Shown piece after piece: positions 28,040 through 41,600 of a stretch of 64,000 nucleotides of DNA; the stretch's first letter is position 1, and the number at the start of each line of letters is the position of its first letter. Position numbers and translations under genes: made by a program. The notes under the pieces are model-generated. The model saw only the letters and a program-made list of their open reading frames with translations. It had not been told where the DNA came from and did not search any database. Origin of the DNA: Marsupella aquatica (lineage: Eukaryota > Plantae > Marchantiophyta); NCBI GenBank assembly GCA_973895155.1, contig OZ316892.1, forward strand, positions 15,977,040 to 16,041,039. The letters run 5' to 3'.

Positions 28040-28460
28040 CGCGACATTTTTTTCTTAAGAATATCTTGGGCAACACTGCATCTATTTTTCTTAACGATGT
28101 CTTGGGTGACACAATATCTTTTTTCTTAAATAACAACATCTTGGGCGACACAACATCTGTTTTTCTTAATGACATCTTAAGATGACATGACATCTTTTTT
28201 CTTCACGACATCTTTTGTGCAGAGCACGCGTATTTTCTTCACAACATCTTTTGTTCTCAACGACTTCTTGGCCGACACGACATCTTTTGTTCTCACATCT
28301 TGGGTGACACGGCAACTTTCTTCTCAACAACCTCTTGGTCGACATGACATCTTTCTTCTCAATGATCTTTTAGCCGACACGGCATCTTTATTCTGAACAA
28401 CCTCTTGGCCAACACGACCTCTTTTGTTCTCAGCAACATCGGGAACGACATCTTGGCCGT
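28040..28460. repeat. Degenerate ~30-35-bp minisatellite
   Basis: Repeated (C)GACAC..CATCTTTT.TTCT.AAC.AC.TCTTGG units. Confidence 0.8.
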
Positions 28461-28707
28461 CCCAAGATCTTTTGTGCAACACACTGGTATTGACCTGTCT
28501 TATCAAAATGAAACAAAAGCCCTGATGGGAGACATACAATTCAACATTATATGTCCTGTTAAGGATTCTCTCAATATTTAGATTTACCAAGAAATGCACT
28601 CATTAAGAATCACCATCTTATCAAACAAAAACAATAGTCTGGATGGGAGATATTGTCATTGCCCATCCCCATGGACTGCCTAAAGCAACCGTTGCTTTTC
28701 CAGTGTA

Positions 28708-28972
28708 AAGAAAAAGAACCGGTTGCGGATTGCAATTGACTATTTTGATTACCTTGGGGAGAAAGTAGTCAGGATGTCATGGTGATCATGAATAATGGCA
28801 TGAAGAAAAAGAACCGGTTGCGGATTGCAGTTGATTACCTTGGGGATAAGTAGTCAGGATGTCATGGTGATCATGAATAATGGCATGAAGAAAAAGAACC
28901 GGTTGCGGATTGTAGTTGATTACCTTGGGGATAAGTGGTCAGGATGTCATGGTGATCATGAATAATGGGATG
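28708..28972. repeat. Tandem repeat, ~84-bp unit x3
   Basis: AAGAAAAAGAACCGGTTGCGGATTG...GTCAGGATGTCATGGTGATCATGAATAATGG occurs three times; the first unit is slightly longer. Confidence 0.9.
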
Positions 28973-29310
28973 ACGTCTTTCAGTTTCAAGGTCGTCAAGT
29001 TACCAAGAAAATCGGTTTGATAATACAATTGAAACTTACTTGATCATATTTTTCAGTCAAAAGTGTAAAGAGTGTTATCTGAGTCAATTTTAAAATGTTT
29101 TGAGCAAGTTCATCCAAATTTTTGCTTGTCCATCCTGGCTTTAGTTTCTATCAAACAATATCAATCTAACACTAATTATAAATAAATAAATTCTTAACTG
29201 AACTAATCTCAGTATTCCACGGTATCTATTCTGACCATATCTTATAGAGGGCATATTATCACAAACCTCCACTGGGATTCCTTGCAAATTCCCGGCACGG
29301 TAGAGTGTCA

Positions 29311-32300
29311 TGTCAGCAACAACCGCTGTCCGAGGACCAGTTTAAAGCAGTATGAAATTCTTTTTCTATGCTTTAGGGACTTGACAACATTTTTCAATAA
29401 CATATATTTCTGTCTTCGTAATATTGTTTCAATTTGTATTAAGAGGCTCTACTTATCATTAATTCAGCATAATCAAAAGTCTCAAACACTTAATATTATT
29501 TCATCCTTTCATTCTTCTTTTCTTTTAAGCTTTGATACACAGTTCTTTAGGAAAGATAAAAGAAACAGATCATTTTTTTTAGCTATAAGTTTTAGTAAAC
29601 TATTCTCATCCATTTGTTGATAACTTTTAGACTAAGCATATAGCATCTTGTAAGTGTGTTAAAGCACCACTCTTTTATTATTCATTGTTGATTTTCACTC
29701 TTCTGCTTTAGGTTTCCATGTACTTCTCACTTTTGCTTTTCATACATATCTCATTTTCTGAATTCAAAGTTCTAGTAGACTTCATTTATCCAAAGATTAC
29801 TAAGTTAAGAGATTACAAACAATATTTTTTTATGTCTTTTGTTGTTCGGTCATTCATCTGCTGGAGTTTCAGCCTCGGTTCAGATCAAATCAGGTCATTC
29901 GATTGTGCCAGGTCTGGCCAGTTGTGAGTAGGTTTCTTCCACTAAAATTCTGTCTTTTCTAAATTCAATCTTTCTTGATCTTCATAGTCTCGTGATCTTT
30001 GAATTTATGCAATCATTTTCTGCTCATCTCATCACAGGACCCTGCATTAAATATATTTCAAATTTCTTCTCTGTAATGACATACTAATCTTCCATTTCTC
30101 TATCCACGAAGTCGTCAGCATCCTCTCAATTTTTCCACATTGTCATCCTGGATCTCCTAGTGTACTCAGATTACTCCTCTTCCCACCATAGCCTCCTGTA
30201 AAATTCCCTTCAGATTGCTTTTCACTTTCTCTGAAAAAACTTCTCAATTTTATTGTCTTATTTCTACAAAGAGCCTTCACTCATCGAACAGCTTTTATTC
30301 GATCTCAATTAAGTTCCGTATGGGAAAACTTTATTTCTTTTTGCACATTAGCTTTCCCTTTTCCTTTGACCTCTTCTGTCTGATCTCTGTCTCCACGCTG
30401 CCGCTCCTTATTTTAGCACTTGGATTACTTCTGCCAAGCACTCAATTTCTCTATGATGTCTAACCACTTTTCTTTTTTCTTAGTTCTCCTTCAACGATTC
30501 TCTGATAACCTCGTGATCCTCTTTCTCTCAAACTGTCTGATCTCTCTTAATCACTGCCATTCCCTTTCACTCTTTTCAGTCAATCCTTTGCCTCCTTTCA
30601 ATAGCTTCTAATCTATTTTCAACATTTTCACAGCGACTCGTGATCCTTTCTCAATTATTCTGCCTGAATTCATTTCTCATTCTCATCGACCTTCACTCCT
30701 TTTAGCCGTTAATCGCAAGTCCTCAATCCTCAGCATCTGATTCAATAGAATGTCTTCTTCCATTCAAGTTATCCTCTTACAAAATTTCTCTCCCATTTGT
30801 CTGAATTTTTATCGCCTTTCTCTCCCTCTTTGTTCCATTTTTTCCCTGGGGCCATCCCCGATCTCCTTTCTTCCCTAGAACCATGGCAACGATCTTCTTT
30901 GGAACTCCCAATTCTTCTCATGTATTCCCTTTAAGCTCTTTCAATCTTCATTTTGCAAACGCACCAAAAAAATCCTCTCAACATCATTTTTCTTTATTAA
31001 TCCAACTCTCATTCATCCCCCAAATCTCCTCCATTGCTTCAACTCTTAACAAACACTCAAACAAACAGTGCTCCACTCTTCCTCCCTTTGCCGTGTGCAT
31101 CTCTCTTCCATCCTCATGACCCTTATGAATTTCAAAGTCTCATATTCAGCCATGTGTCAGTGGGAGAAAATTCCCCTCCAAAAGCCTTTTAAAAGCCATA
31201 GCTCTTTTATCCCTCTTCTGTCTTACTATCTTTCAACTTCAACTCAATTTTGTTTTTCCCTACTCATCCAGAGAACTAATACATCTCAAGCTGAACTTAA
31301 AGCAAGTCGACCTGATCCAACTTACTCCACTTCATTCATCAAATAATTTCCCTGACAACATTCACCCCCACTGAACCTGTGTAGCCTCCGGCCTACACCA
31401 CCATCATTACTGGAGTCTCTTCTCAAACAAAATGATCCATGAGCCTGAGCTGAGCTGAGCTGAGCTGAGCTGAACCAAGTCGCGACAACCTCAAGCTGAG
31501 TCACGGCCAACCTGAAACAAACTCCATCACAAAAGCCAAGAATATTTTCTCCTAGGATGGAACTTCAAATGTTCTCATGAAAATGAACTCAAACTAATCC
31601 CTAATATCTTAACATTAACCAAAGTCCCAAGTCACCTAACAACTTAAAGGGTGAAACATTCTTTTTCACTAGAGCTTTCCTATAAAATGAATAGTTCCAA
31701 ACAAAATAAATTAAGTTCTATCACTCACAACTACACTATCATATGAATAAAATCTCTATCTCTTTTCTCTATCTCTTTTAGTCAAAACCAGATTCATGTA
31801 AAACTAAGTAGACAAAACAAGCAAGTCTCAAAATCATGCTTCTTTGTCTCGAATGTCGCTCCTTTGAACTGCATCCTTGCCATGTTCACCATCAGAGTCT
31901 TCCAAGGTGTCCTCCAATTCCTGTTGTCTCCGCTTGAAAATCTTCACTCTTTTCCCGGCGTACCTTCCATGATGTTCAGTCCCATCAAGTTCTCAAATGG
32001 AGTAAGTGGCATTGGGATGAATCTTGATCACAACAAACGGTCCTCGATATCTTTGAGAAAATTTCTTCTCTGTTGAATGCTGATTCTCAAGGTTGCTTTC
32101 ATAAAATAGCACCCAATCTCCCTCCTCAATCGCTCATGGTCGAATACAATGTTTCTGGTTGAAGTAGTCCTTATTCTTCACTTGCGTCACCTTCATTTTC
32201 TCCAACGCCTCTTGAATCTTTTCAGGTGTCTGGTTCAAGTGGTCAATCTTGGTGGCAAGTAACTCCTCACACCCAACGTGGTCTCTCCACCCCTAACCGT

Positions 32301-32393
32301 TCTCCAACTCTTCACATCCTCCTCAATTGGCATCAAAGGCAAATGTCCCATGTTCAACTCAGTTGGCGCATATCCTGTGACTGAGCTACACGT
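29311..32393 (-). mobile_element. Ty3/Gypsy 3' fragment: LTR 29311-31360, PPT, integrase C-terminus
   Basis: Reverse-complement homology to 11140-12300 and to the LTR end at ~15000. PPT at 31361-31372. Interrupted at 32394 by another LTR. Confidence 0.8.
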
Positions 32394-33533
32394 TGTCCGG
32401 CTGACCGTGTTTTCTGGTAAGAGTATGTTGGCTCTTATGAAGTTAACTTTGCATGCCCATAAATTCTATACTAAATCCAAAATGATAATTCTAGTAACAA
32501 GGGTAGTGGATATTAAGAAAGGTTCAGGTGAAACTAAAATACTGTTAAACCCTACTTCACCATACTTGCGGACCAACACATCACGGAAATTAGTTTTCTT
32601 ACGACATATGATCCTAATATCTCCAAGAGAAAATGAAACAGGAATATCATCTGGACTCCCATTCAAATCCATGACTTCAATAAAGGACAAAGATAATGCA
32701 CTCCCACTCTTCTCGGTATGACACTACTGGGTATACTATTGGCTTGTTAGAAGCCATAACAGCAGTTGCAAACTGAGCTCCAAAATGATAGGTTAACTGT
32801 TGCCTCATGGATGGTTTGTCTAAAAGATGGACTCTAATCAAAAACGGATTACGAAGGGAAAGATCAGGGATAACTCTCTCTCCTGGATTCATGATGACTC
32901 TCCTATTCCTTTGCTATCCGGGCCAAAGGATGCCTCACTCCTAAATTCTCAAAGAAACCTTATTCCCTAAGGTCCCATCTATAAGACTACCTCTCATTCC
33001 TTTGCTATCCAGGCCAAAGGACGCCCCACTACTATGTTTAAGGCGCAAAGAGCTTCACAACCTTGAATGATAAACACTGCGGAATGAGAGGAGAGTGCCC
33101 CTCACCACTTTATTTATAGTGCACATCAAGAGGGCATGGATCAAGCCCAAGCACTTGGATGAAGGCCTTGAAGTGGCAAGCATCTAATACCTAAGAGTGT
33201 GTTAGTACTGTTCATAGTTGGTGAAACTACTTTTAGTAGGTGGAACTACCATGCGTTGGTAGAACTACTATGTGTTGGAGGACCTACTGTGCGTTGGTGG
33301 ACCTACTGTGCATTGGTGGAACTACTGTGCGTTGGTGGACCTACTATGCATTGGTGGACCTACTATGCGTTGGTGGACCTACTGTGCGTTGGTGGAACTA
33401 CTGTAGTCCGTTAATATAGCTAAAGAATTTAATAAAGTTTAAATTTAATAATCTAACTACTAAACTACTTATATAATCTATAACCTATTAAAACAAATAA
33501 TTTTTTTATAACTTAAGAGAAAATCACGACACA
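32394..33533 (-). repeat. 3' LTR of a second Ty3/Gypsy element (~1.14 kb) with internal ~20-bp tandem repeats at ~33215-33405
   Basis: TG...CA termini, PPT GGTAGGGGTGA on the minus strand adjacent at 33534, and CTATAAATA on the minus strand at ~33111-33119. Confidence 0.75.
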
Positions 33534-33584
33534 TCACCCCTACCAAACCTGTGCATCCTCCAGTATGCACCACACCTAGAATCA

Positions 33585-34550
33585 CTATATGTCTTCTTCA
33601 TCTAAAGCCTCATAGTCGTCTAGTTCAAACTCTTCCTCTGTCACAAATCGAGTTCGTCGTTTAAACAATATCACTCGCTTTCCTGCATAGGGATTGCGAT
33701 GAATTGCTCCATCAAGTTCTCTTACCACATATGTTGCATTAGGACGAACCTCCTCCACCACAAATGGTCCTCTCCAACGACGTGCAAACTTCTTCAGAGT
33801 AGAATGTTGTTGTTCCAACCCTCCCTCATAGATCAAGACCCAATCTCCATTCTGGATGGGAATTGGTCTCAAATGATGGGTCTTGTCAAATCGTCCTTTA
33901 TTCTTCTCACGAGCCTCTTTTAGCCTTAATAACGCCTCATCAATCTTCTCCTTGGTCTGGCTAAAGTGGTCAATCCTTCGCTCCAGCAACTTTTCTTGGA
34001 AGATTCTATCTTGCCATTCAATCATCCTCCAACTCTGAACATTTTCCTCAATCGGCATCAAAGGTAAATGTCCAGAGACTAATTCGGCAGGCGTAATTCC
34101 TATTGTGGTAGTGCATGTCATTCGATCTGCCAAAAGAGCAAATGGTAGAAGATTGGGCCAAAGTGATGATTTTCCTCGGCAAGATTTCACCAAGGCATTC
34201 ACAATCGGTGGATGCTCTCGCTCAATCTTTCCATTTCCTTCTGGGTTGTAGGCAGTAGTAAGTTTAAGCTTGATGTTGAATCGGTCAAAAAAATTTGTAG
34301 CCTCTTCAAAATTCAGCTCTCCTCTATCTTCTCTCATTTGCACAAAACAACCATGACGTGCTATAACGTCTTCAAGTATGAACCTGCATACTGCTTCTGT
34401 AGTGTTAGAGGTCAAAGCCCTTCCTTCAACATAGGAAGATAAATCTTCTCTTGCAAGGACAAGGTACTTTACCCCCCTAATTCCCCATGGCATGTGCACC
34501 ACATCTACTGCCCACTGAAAATGTAAAGAAAGAGGACTAGTGAGATTAAG
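33585..34550 (-). pseudogene. Ty3/Gypsy integrase core and C-terminus (split by the Athila-like insertion)
   Basis: KYLVLAREDLSSYVEGRAL, REDRGE, TTAYNPEGNGKIER and RWRGPFVV; continues at 48615 with the HHCC zinc domain. Confidence 0.9.
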
Positions 34551-34909
34551 TGTGACGCCGCCGGTACGACGGTTAATGAGTGATTCGGTCTAACTGCGCT
34601 CGGCACGCGTGTTAGGAGTGTCTTAGACCGCTATTATTAGCATAACGACAGTATTTAGGTAATCATTATGGGTAGGATATCATTAGGCAATAAGGGGGAA
34701 TTCAGGTTCGGACTGGCGGCTGGTCGCTATTCGCACACCCGAGTTACAAGCGTGGAGGGGCCCCTCCCTCGGGTCCGTATAACAAACTTAAGGAAGCGGC
34801 CACTGATACGCGCTGACTTAGACCGGCGGAGTGGCCGACACACCACAAGCGTGAGCGGTTCAGCCTATGGGCGTCGAGGAGACGTCGGGGGATCGACAAG
34901 CCCTCAAGG

Positions 34910-34917
34910 TATAAAAG
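34910..34917 (+). promoter_or_regulatory. TATA box in LTR (TATAAAAG)
   Basis: Canonical TATA ~117 bp upstream of the ATG at 35027; the equivalent is at ~44987 in the 3' LTR. Confidence 0.6.
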
Positions 34918-35026
34918 GGGAGCCAACCCTTTGTAGTGCACCAGTCCATCAGTCCACGCGCCAGCTTCGACCCCAACTCTCTTGTTTGCTCTAAGTCGCC
35001 ACTACTATCTCCTCTGAATGTTGCAC

Positions 35027-37657
35027 ATGATCCTCTCCAGCTCGGCCATTCGATTCTGGACGCAGTTCCTATCTACCGGAAGGCACTTGGCCGACTCATT
35101 GAAACACGCCAACCCGCGCCGATACAAAATCGAATGCGAGTACGAGAGAGCCATCCGCCTAGCAGGACGACACCACTACATCCTTAACTTTGACTACCCA
35201 TCTCAGAGCGAGCTTTACCGACCAGCAGAGGTATCCGGCCACTTCTTCAACGGAGACAAATATATCGGGTTCTGGGAAGCATTGCTTCGGCTTCCGGACG
35301 AGGTCTTCAATATCCCGGGTACGATCGACTTGCAGCGACATCACTTCGACCACATCCCTGCTCAGGTTCGGGCTATCATCAACAGCGAGTCCAGCACTAC
35401 CCGTTCGACAAGGTCGTCTGCACTCGCTTCGGAGAACTTCTACCAGCACCTACAGAGCTTCATAGGAACTCGGCCAGCAACCAACATGACCAACTCAGTT
35501 GTACCCGCACCCGTACCCGTACCCATACAACCTCAGGCTCAGCTTCAGCTTCAGCCTCAGCCGCAGCCTAGCCAAACCCCACCACCGATAGCCCAGCCAG
35601 CACAAGTACGCTCCGTCATCAACGCTGTGGATCTTAGCGATGATGACGAGGCTACCCTACCCTTGACCAGGCGGCCCAGAGGAACAAGCGCTCAAGGGGC
35701 CGATACTATATCGTCCCCACCCCCTGCTCTGACCCCAGGAGCGGCCCCGGCAGACAACATGGTGACCGTGGCCGACCCGGGCCCGTTACTAACGGCAGTA
35801 GCACTACCCAGGCCCGATCGGGAGGATGGGGAGGTGTCACCTTCCCCGAGCCAGTCACGGGGGAAGAAGAGGAAGGAATCCACCACTGCATCCGGGTTAC
35901 CGTTGGCCACGGTAGCCGTGGCCAAGGTGACGATGCACCGCATGGGGGAAAACATTCACAAAAAATCCTCCATCCCAAGCATGCGGTGTACCTGAAGACT
36001 CAGGGATTCGAGCACCTCGCCTCCCTCCCCTGGAACACTTGCAGGTACTACGGGGAGGACATGACGGAGTTCGTCAGGAATTATGATGATGCGCGTCAAC
36101 ATACTCGGCTGTGGGGAAGGAGTATGTCCCTCACGGAAGAACAGCTTAGGATGATCTTCGGGTTACCCGAAGGTGACCATCGAGTCGAATCACGGGCTCC
36201 CGGGGGCAAGGGAGCCAAGTACCAATCTTCAAGTTTTCCCTCAGAGGGAGCAGTGGACAACGGGTTCGTGATGAAGACCTGCCTCATCCCCGAGATAGCT
36301 GAGCGTCTGGAGTTCCAAAGGTACGCCCTCCACATGATGGAACCCCGGGGGAGATCTCCGCCGCCCAGGTTATCCAGGTCGAGAACTATCGACCTAGGAG
36401 GTGGGCGTCGTACTTCGCTAAGAAATTCCATGAAGAGATGGAGCGGCGAAGGAAGACGTTGTACATTGGCGGGAAGGCGTATTTCGCTAGCCACATCGAG
36501 ATCATTCTTGAGTGGTACGCCCGGTTTGATCGACGAACCCTTCCCCGTGTCAACGTTACAAAGCTGGTCCCAGCTAGGTGGGTTTTCCCGGCCTTGGAGA
36601 GATGGCCCCAGCCCGAGGCCCAAAGTCCAGCGGACACGCCAGCTTCACCCACCCCACCTCCACAAGTAGCTGTAGTCGTAACCGAGGAGGTATCGGATGG
36701 GTCGGGTGTCGCAACCGTGATGCAACCCAACAGGCCGGGCTATGTACAGAAGTCGGTACGGCGGAGGTCTTACCCGAGCCCGGTTCTCCCAAAGACCCAC
36801 CGGTGGCTATTCCGGAGAACCGGACATTGCTACAGGAGGACGCTCCAGCCCCTTCCAACGTTACGTCCCCAGGGCTGGACGTCACTGCCCCGGCCCCCGC
36901 GCGTGTTGACGTCTGCCCGTGCCCAACTCCGGACAGGCACAACCTGGACCACCCAAAACTCTTTGTACCGGGTACATTTTTGAATGGGCTTCTGGGAGAT
37001 TTCTCTCATCAAATTTCTCGGGATACCGGGGAGTTCATGGCCCGGAAGGTAGCCTGTTTCTTCAATCAGGAGTTGGTTGCCGCAGTAAAGGCAGGTCGGG
37101 CCCAGTCAGAGGCCCTTCAGAGGATAGAGCGGTACCGGGTGGAGTCCGTGTACCTAAAGAACGAAGTTGCGGCTCAAGAGGCTGAGCTTTGGCAACTACG
37201 ACCCAAGGTTGCAGCCGCCGATGAGTTGTTAGCAAAGGTGCACGCTCTTACCGCCCTAGCCGAACAGGCCAAAGCTGGGAACGAGGCCGAGATTACATGA
37301 CTCCGGAACCAGATTGACAGTTTGAAGAATCAAACTGTCACCTGGCAAAAAGACCTGGAGGAGGCCGAGGAACGGGCCCAATGGGACACAACAGAGATAG
37401 CCACGCTGCAGGCCGAGGTGGCGCGGCTCCAAACCGAGGCCGAGAAGCAGGACCAGCTGGCGGGTAAACTGACAAGTGACGCCCAGCAATTGGAGGAGGC
37501 TTGTCAGGAGGCAGTAGAGGAGACGGACGCGGCAAGGCGAGAGAATGAATCTCTGCTGGACCAGGTCCAGCTCCTCAAGGCGGACAATGACAGGCTTCGA
37601 AGGCAGCGGGATGGCCGCTCCCATTCAGGCGGCTCTGGCAAGCGTGCCAGGCATTAG
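35027..37657 (+). pseudogene. LTR-encoded accessory ORF, 5' LTR copy (frameshifted)
   Basis: Fragments 35018-35995, 35986-, 36438-, 36578-37300 and 37322-37657 are collinear with the 3' LTR copy. Confidence 0.75.
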
Positions 37658-38566
37658 CGGCGGAGTAGGAATAGATTAGGATTAGGACTAGCTTAGTCAG
37701 GCTCTTGGGACAGGCACCTGCCTTAGGTACAGCATCGCTGCCGTGCTGTCCAGCCTGCGTAGATTAGGATCTTCTAATAAGACACAGCCGTTTCCGGCCT
37801 GACTGTTAGCTTAGTTAGGACCTTAGTCAGTGAATCTTCGGCGAGAGGACACCCCGTCCCTCGGCCCTTAGTATTTAGTGCACCCCTCGGTAGAGGCAGG
37901 GGGGTTTTTTAGTTGCAAAGTTGGGCATCCGCGGTATGTGCGGGGAGTCCCGACCTCTGGGAATGAAAGAGTACCAAGGGGAGGGGGTAGGACTAAGCTC
38001 GTCGGGCGAGTGCGGAGCCGGGCTCCGTTGTAGTGTGCACCCTCGGCCTTGAACCTGTTCATTCCGGGGCTGTCGGGTCAACTAAGTGTACGCATATGTT
38101 CCCTTTGTAGTAAAATCCTTTCTCATCATTTTCCTTCGTGTAAATCGAGATTGTATGCATGTGCGCGTGTATGTGTGTGGGTTTCTCGTATATGGGTGGC
38201 AGCGCCAGGCCAAACGCACTACCCGAGACGTGCACAGGGTGCAGCCTGTGGGTAAGTGGTTGCGAGCATGGGTTGAGGACCTGTATCATCGAATCCGGAT
38301 CAAAGGCGGACAGCACGAAGGCTTAGAAGCCCTTAAGCCGGGGTTGATCCTGCTATCGACTAAGGTACGTTCCGGCGGCGGAACACAAACCATACCTAGG
38401 AGGTGTCCGTATTTAGCAGTATGCGCACTTAGCGCTAGTTTACGAGAATAAGGTGCATTACGTGCTTCCCTTCCTGCCCGAACCCTCAGATTTACGAGGG
38501 ATGTGCCCGTCTAAGCTGAAGTCTGAGTTAAGGCCGCAGCCGATGACGTGACATAGCCTTTGTTTT

Positions 38567-38585
38567 TGGCGCTAGATGGAGGGGG
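38567..38585 (+). other. Putative primer-binding site TGGCGCTAGATGGAGGGGG
   Basis: TGG-initiated motif 13 nt after the 5' LTR end; primer tRNA not assigned. Confidence 0.5.
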
Positions 38586-38677
38586 CACTCTACATATCAT
38601 AGAGGGGAGACATGTGCGTATTCACCTAGGCAGGATACATCAGGACGTAGTACTAACCATCGCATTTATATGAGTAA

Positions 38678-41600
38678 ATGCCCGTCACTCGTTCTCAAGC
38701 AGCTTACTTGAGGAGATTGACCAGCGAACGAGAAAGTGCAACCACGACAAGTTCCGATTCTTCGGACTCGGAAGACTCGCACTCGCCCCGACGTATGAAC
38801 ATACCCCCGGGACCTTCGGGGTCCGGTTCGACCGGTCCTCCTGCGGTTCCACCACCACCACCAGCACCACCACCTATGGCAGCCGCTCCACCGATGGCCC
38901 GCGCTGCTCAAGCTCCTCCACAAATATCGCAACGATCGCGATTTCATTATCGACCTTTCAAGGGGCGTCATGGGGATGATCCGGATGAATGGTTGGATGA
39001 GTTTGAAGCCACTGCTAAAGCTAATGGGGAAGACGCCATTAAGCTAACCGTCCTCCCGGGAGTGATGCGGGGAGAAGCTCGTCCATGGTACAACTCGTTG
39101 CCACCCAGAACTACATGGGCACAATTCCAAGCTGCATTGCTGCAGGAGTTTCGTGCCATTGGATCGGAACAGCGTTCTCTATTAAAGATTGGCCAGATTC
39201 GCATGGGAAAGAAGGAGTCCCTGCGGAAGTTCATTCAGAAGTTTCAGAAACTTGCGGCCAAGATCCGGCCCAGGCCGGGAGACGCGCTCCAGCTTACATG
39301 GTTCCTTCATGGTTTGCCCACGAATATGCAATTCTGGGTACGCCAGAATAATCCGATTTCAATGCAGGCGGCCATAGCATGTGCCGAAACTTACCGGGAG
39401 TCCACCTATAACTCCCGGCGGAGCCAGCGAGCACGCCGCAAGAAGGGTAAGTACGAGACCTTCAGTGATAGTGACTCCAAATCGGACGAGAGGAAGAAGA
39501 AACGCAAGAAGAAAAAGAAACATCGTTCGACCTCGTCCAACTCGGAGACGGAATCCAGTTCGGATTCAGCTTCAAGCACCGGATCCTCTACCTCCAGTTC
39601 ATCAGGAAGTGACTTGGAGAGCGAAAGCCGGAGAAAAAAGAAGAAGAGACGAGTGAAGAAGGAGGGGAAGATCAAACCCCGGGCGCGGAGAACGATACCA
39701 GATCCAAAGGCTGCCGAAGCAGACAAGCTGAACGAAATCACGGATTGACTCAAAGCACTGTCAGTACATCTTGCGGAAAAGCCGGTGGAGAAGAAGAAGC
39801 CATCTGAGATTCGAGCCCATGCGTGGTGTTCAAAGTGCTTCCAATCCGGCCATGTGGTGCAGGAATGCCCAAGGTGGAAGAATCGAGTTCACCAAGTAGA
39901 GTTGGATGATGTTGACAACCCGGGTCCCGAATCGGAGTCCACAGAGTATTTCTTTGAGGACCCTCCTGATTCCGTGTACCAGATTTCAACGGTAGGTCCG
40001 CGTAATTTAGCGAGTAGAACTGCGTACCCCTACCCAAACAATGGCCGGAGTTTCCAGGTTATCAGTAACCCGAGCATCCCTCCTAAGCCAGGGATTTGGC
40101 GATCCCCGGTTTGTTATAACTGTGAAAAGCCAGGACACTTTGCAAGGGAATGCACCGAACGAAGACGTCAGGGAGATGGCCGAGGCACCCCACTATGTCA
40201 AGTCTGCAAAACAGAGGCTCATTCCACGGCCAACTATCCGTTGGTAATCGCTGCTCGAACAAGCGCAGCTAGACCGGCCCAGGCTGGACCGACCATGAGC
40301 GATGCAGTCGTCCAAATGATTGCTGTAGAATGGCAAGATGACAACACCGAGTGGGTGAATTTGGTGGACGTAGCAGAGCACCCTGATCCATTGGATGAGG
40401 CCGAGTGCTACCAAGTGTCGACAAGGGCCGAACGGAAGGAAGAGAAGACGGAGGAGAAACGAAGGAAAAAGCAAGATACTACTCCGGTGCAGCCAGCGAT
40501 AGATATACCCCCGGAAAAGGACGATGACTACCGACGGGACGACCCGAAGTTATTTTTCCCCCGCATCGAAGAATTGGTAAAGAAATAGCTGGAGGCCTAC
40601 GAAGCTCAGGAATACCAGAAGGCAATCGATAAGGACATCAAAGCAACCGAGACCGCCCGGCGCCAGGAGCAAGAGAAGCAAGAGGAAGCCAAGCTGTAGC
40701 CGAAAGAGGATAAAAAGGAGAACTACGATATTAAGGAAGACGTGAAGAGTTGCCCGGTTACAGCGACGGTGGGGCAACTGCTGCAGAACAACCCACAGTA
40801 CAGACGGCAACTAAGGGAGTTGCTCATGGGTCGCCGAAGGAGGAGACTACCCCGAGTTGGGATCGCGGACTGCAACATGATATGCGAGGACCTTGGAGCG
40901 CCGAACATCTCGATCGAAATTAATAATTGTACCATCAAGATGGTTCTTGTAGACGGAGGAGCAGGAGTCAACATCATGACTGAAGAAATGTCAGTCAAGT
41001 TAGGATACCTCACGTATCAACCCACAGCCTGAGCTATCAGATTAGCAAACAGGGCAAGGGTCCTCCCATTAGGCACGCTCACACGAGTGCTCACTCTGGT
41101 GGGAGGGGTGGAGTTCTATCTCAACTTCCTAGTTATGAGGCCGGTTCGTCCCTCCTCTTACCCGGTTCTTCTGGGCAGGCCGTGGCTGTACGGTGGCCGC
41201 GTAGTCACGGATTGGGGAAAGACGGAGCTACGGTTCGGGGAACCCACCGTACGGGTATCATGGGCAATGGACGATTATCAAGGAGAAACCCCACAAGGAC
41301 CCGAGGAATATGATTCGGAGACCTCGGAGGAAGAGGAACTCAATATGATTGAACTCATCTCGTCCCTGTCCGAGGAAGATGTCTTCAGAGTTGAAGCAAC
41401 CCGCGAAACACATCTCCTAAATTACCCGAGGGCTGCCATTGAGTCCACCCCAAGCACATCCACTGCCGGGGATGAGGAAACGCACGAACAACTCGTCGAG
41501 ACGGAGGACACGGCTCCAGCTAAGCAGGGAGCCGAGGCTGCTTCTACCGTTGCAGAGCCTCGTGACCACGAACCAGCCCAACAACCGCCCGAGGCTGAAA

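Larger units (their letters stand above)
34551..38553 (+). repeat. 5' LTR (4003 bp)
   Basis: Direct repeat of 44629-48614 with scattered substitutions and small indels. Confidence 0.95.

Noticed and set aside
28040-28460. Possible repeat-spacer array
   Set aside because: The variable parts are mutually homologous, so it is a degenerate minisatellite.
33215-33405. Regular ~20-bp repeats, superficially CRISPR-like
   Set aside because: Head-to-tail units without unique spacers, inside an LTR of a eukaryotic genome, with no cas genes.
38565-38575. TTTGGCGCTAG resembles half of the 15-bp palindrome
   Set aside because: Half-site only, at the PBS position of an unrelated retroelement; likely coincidence.
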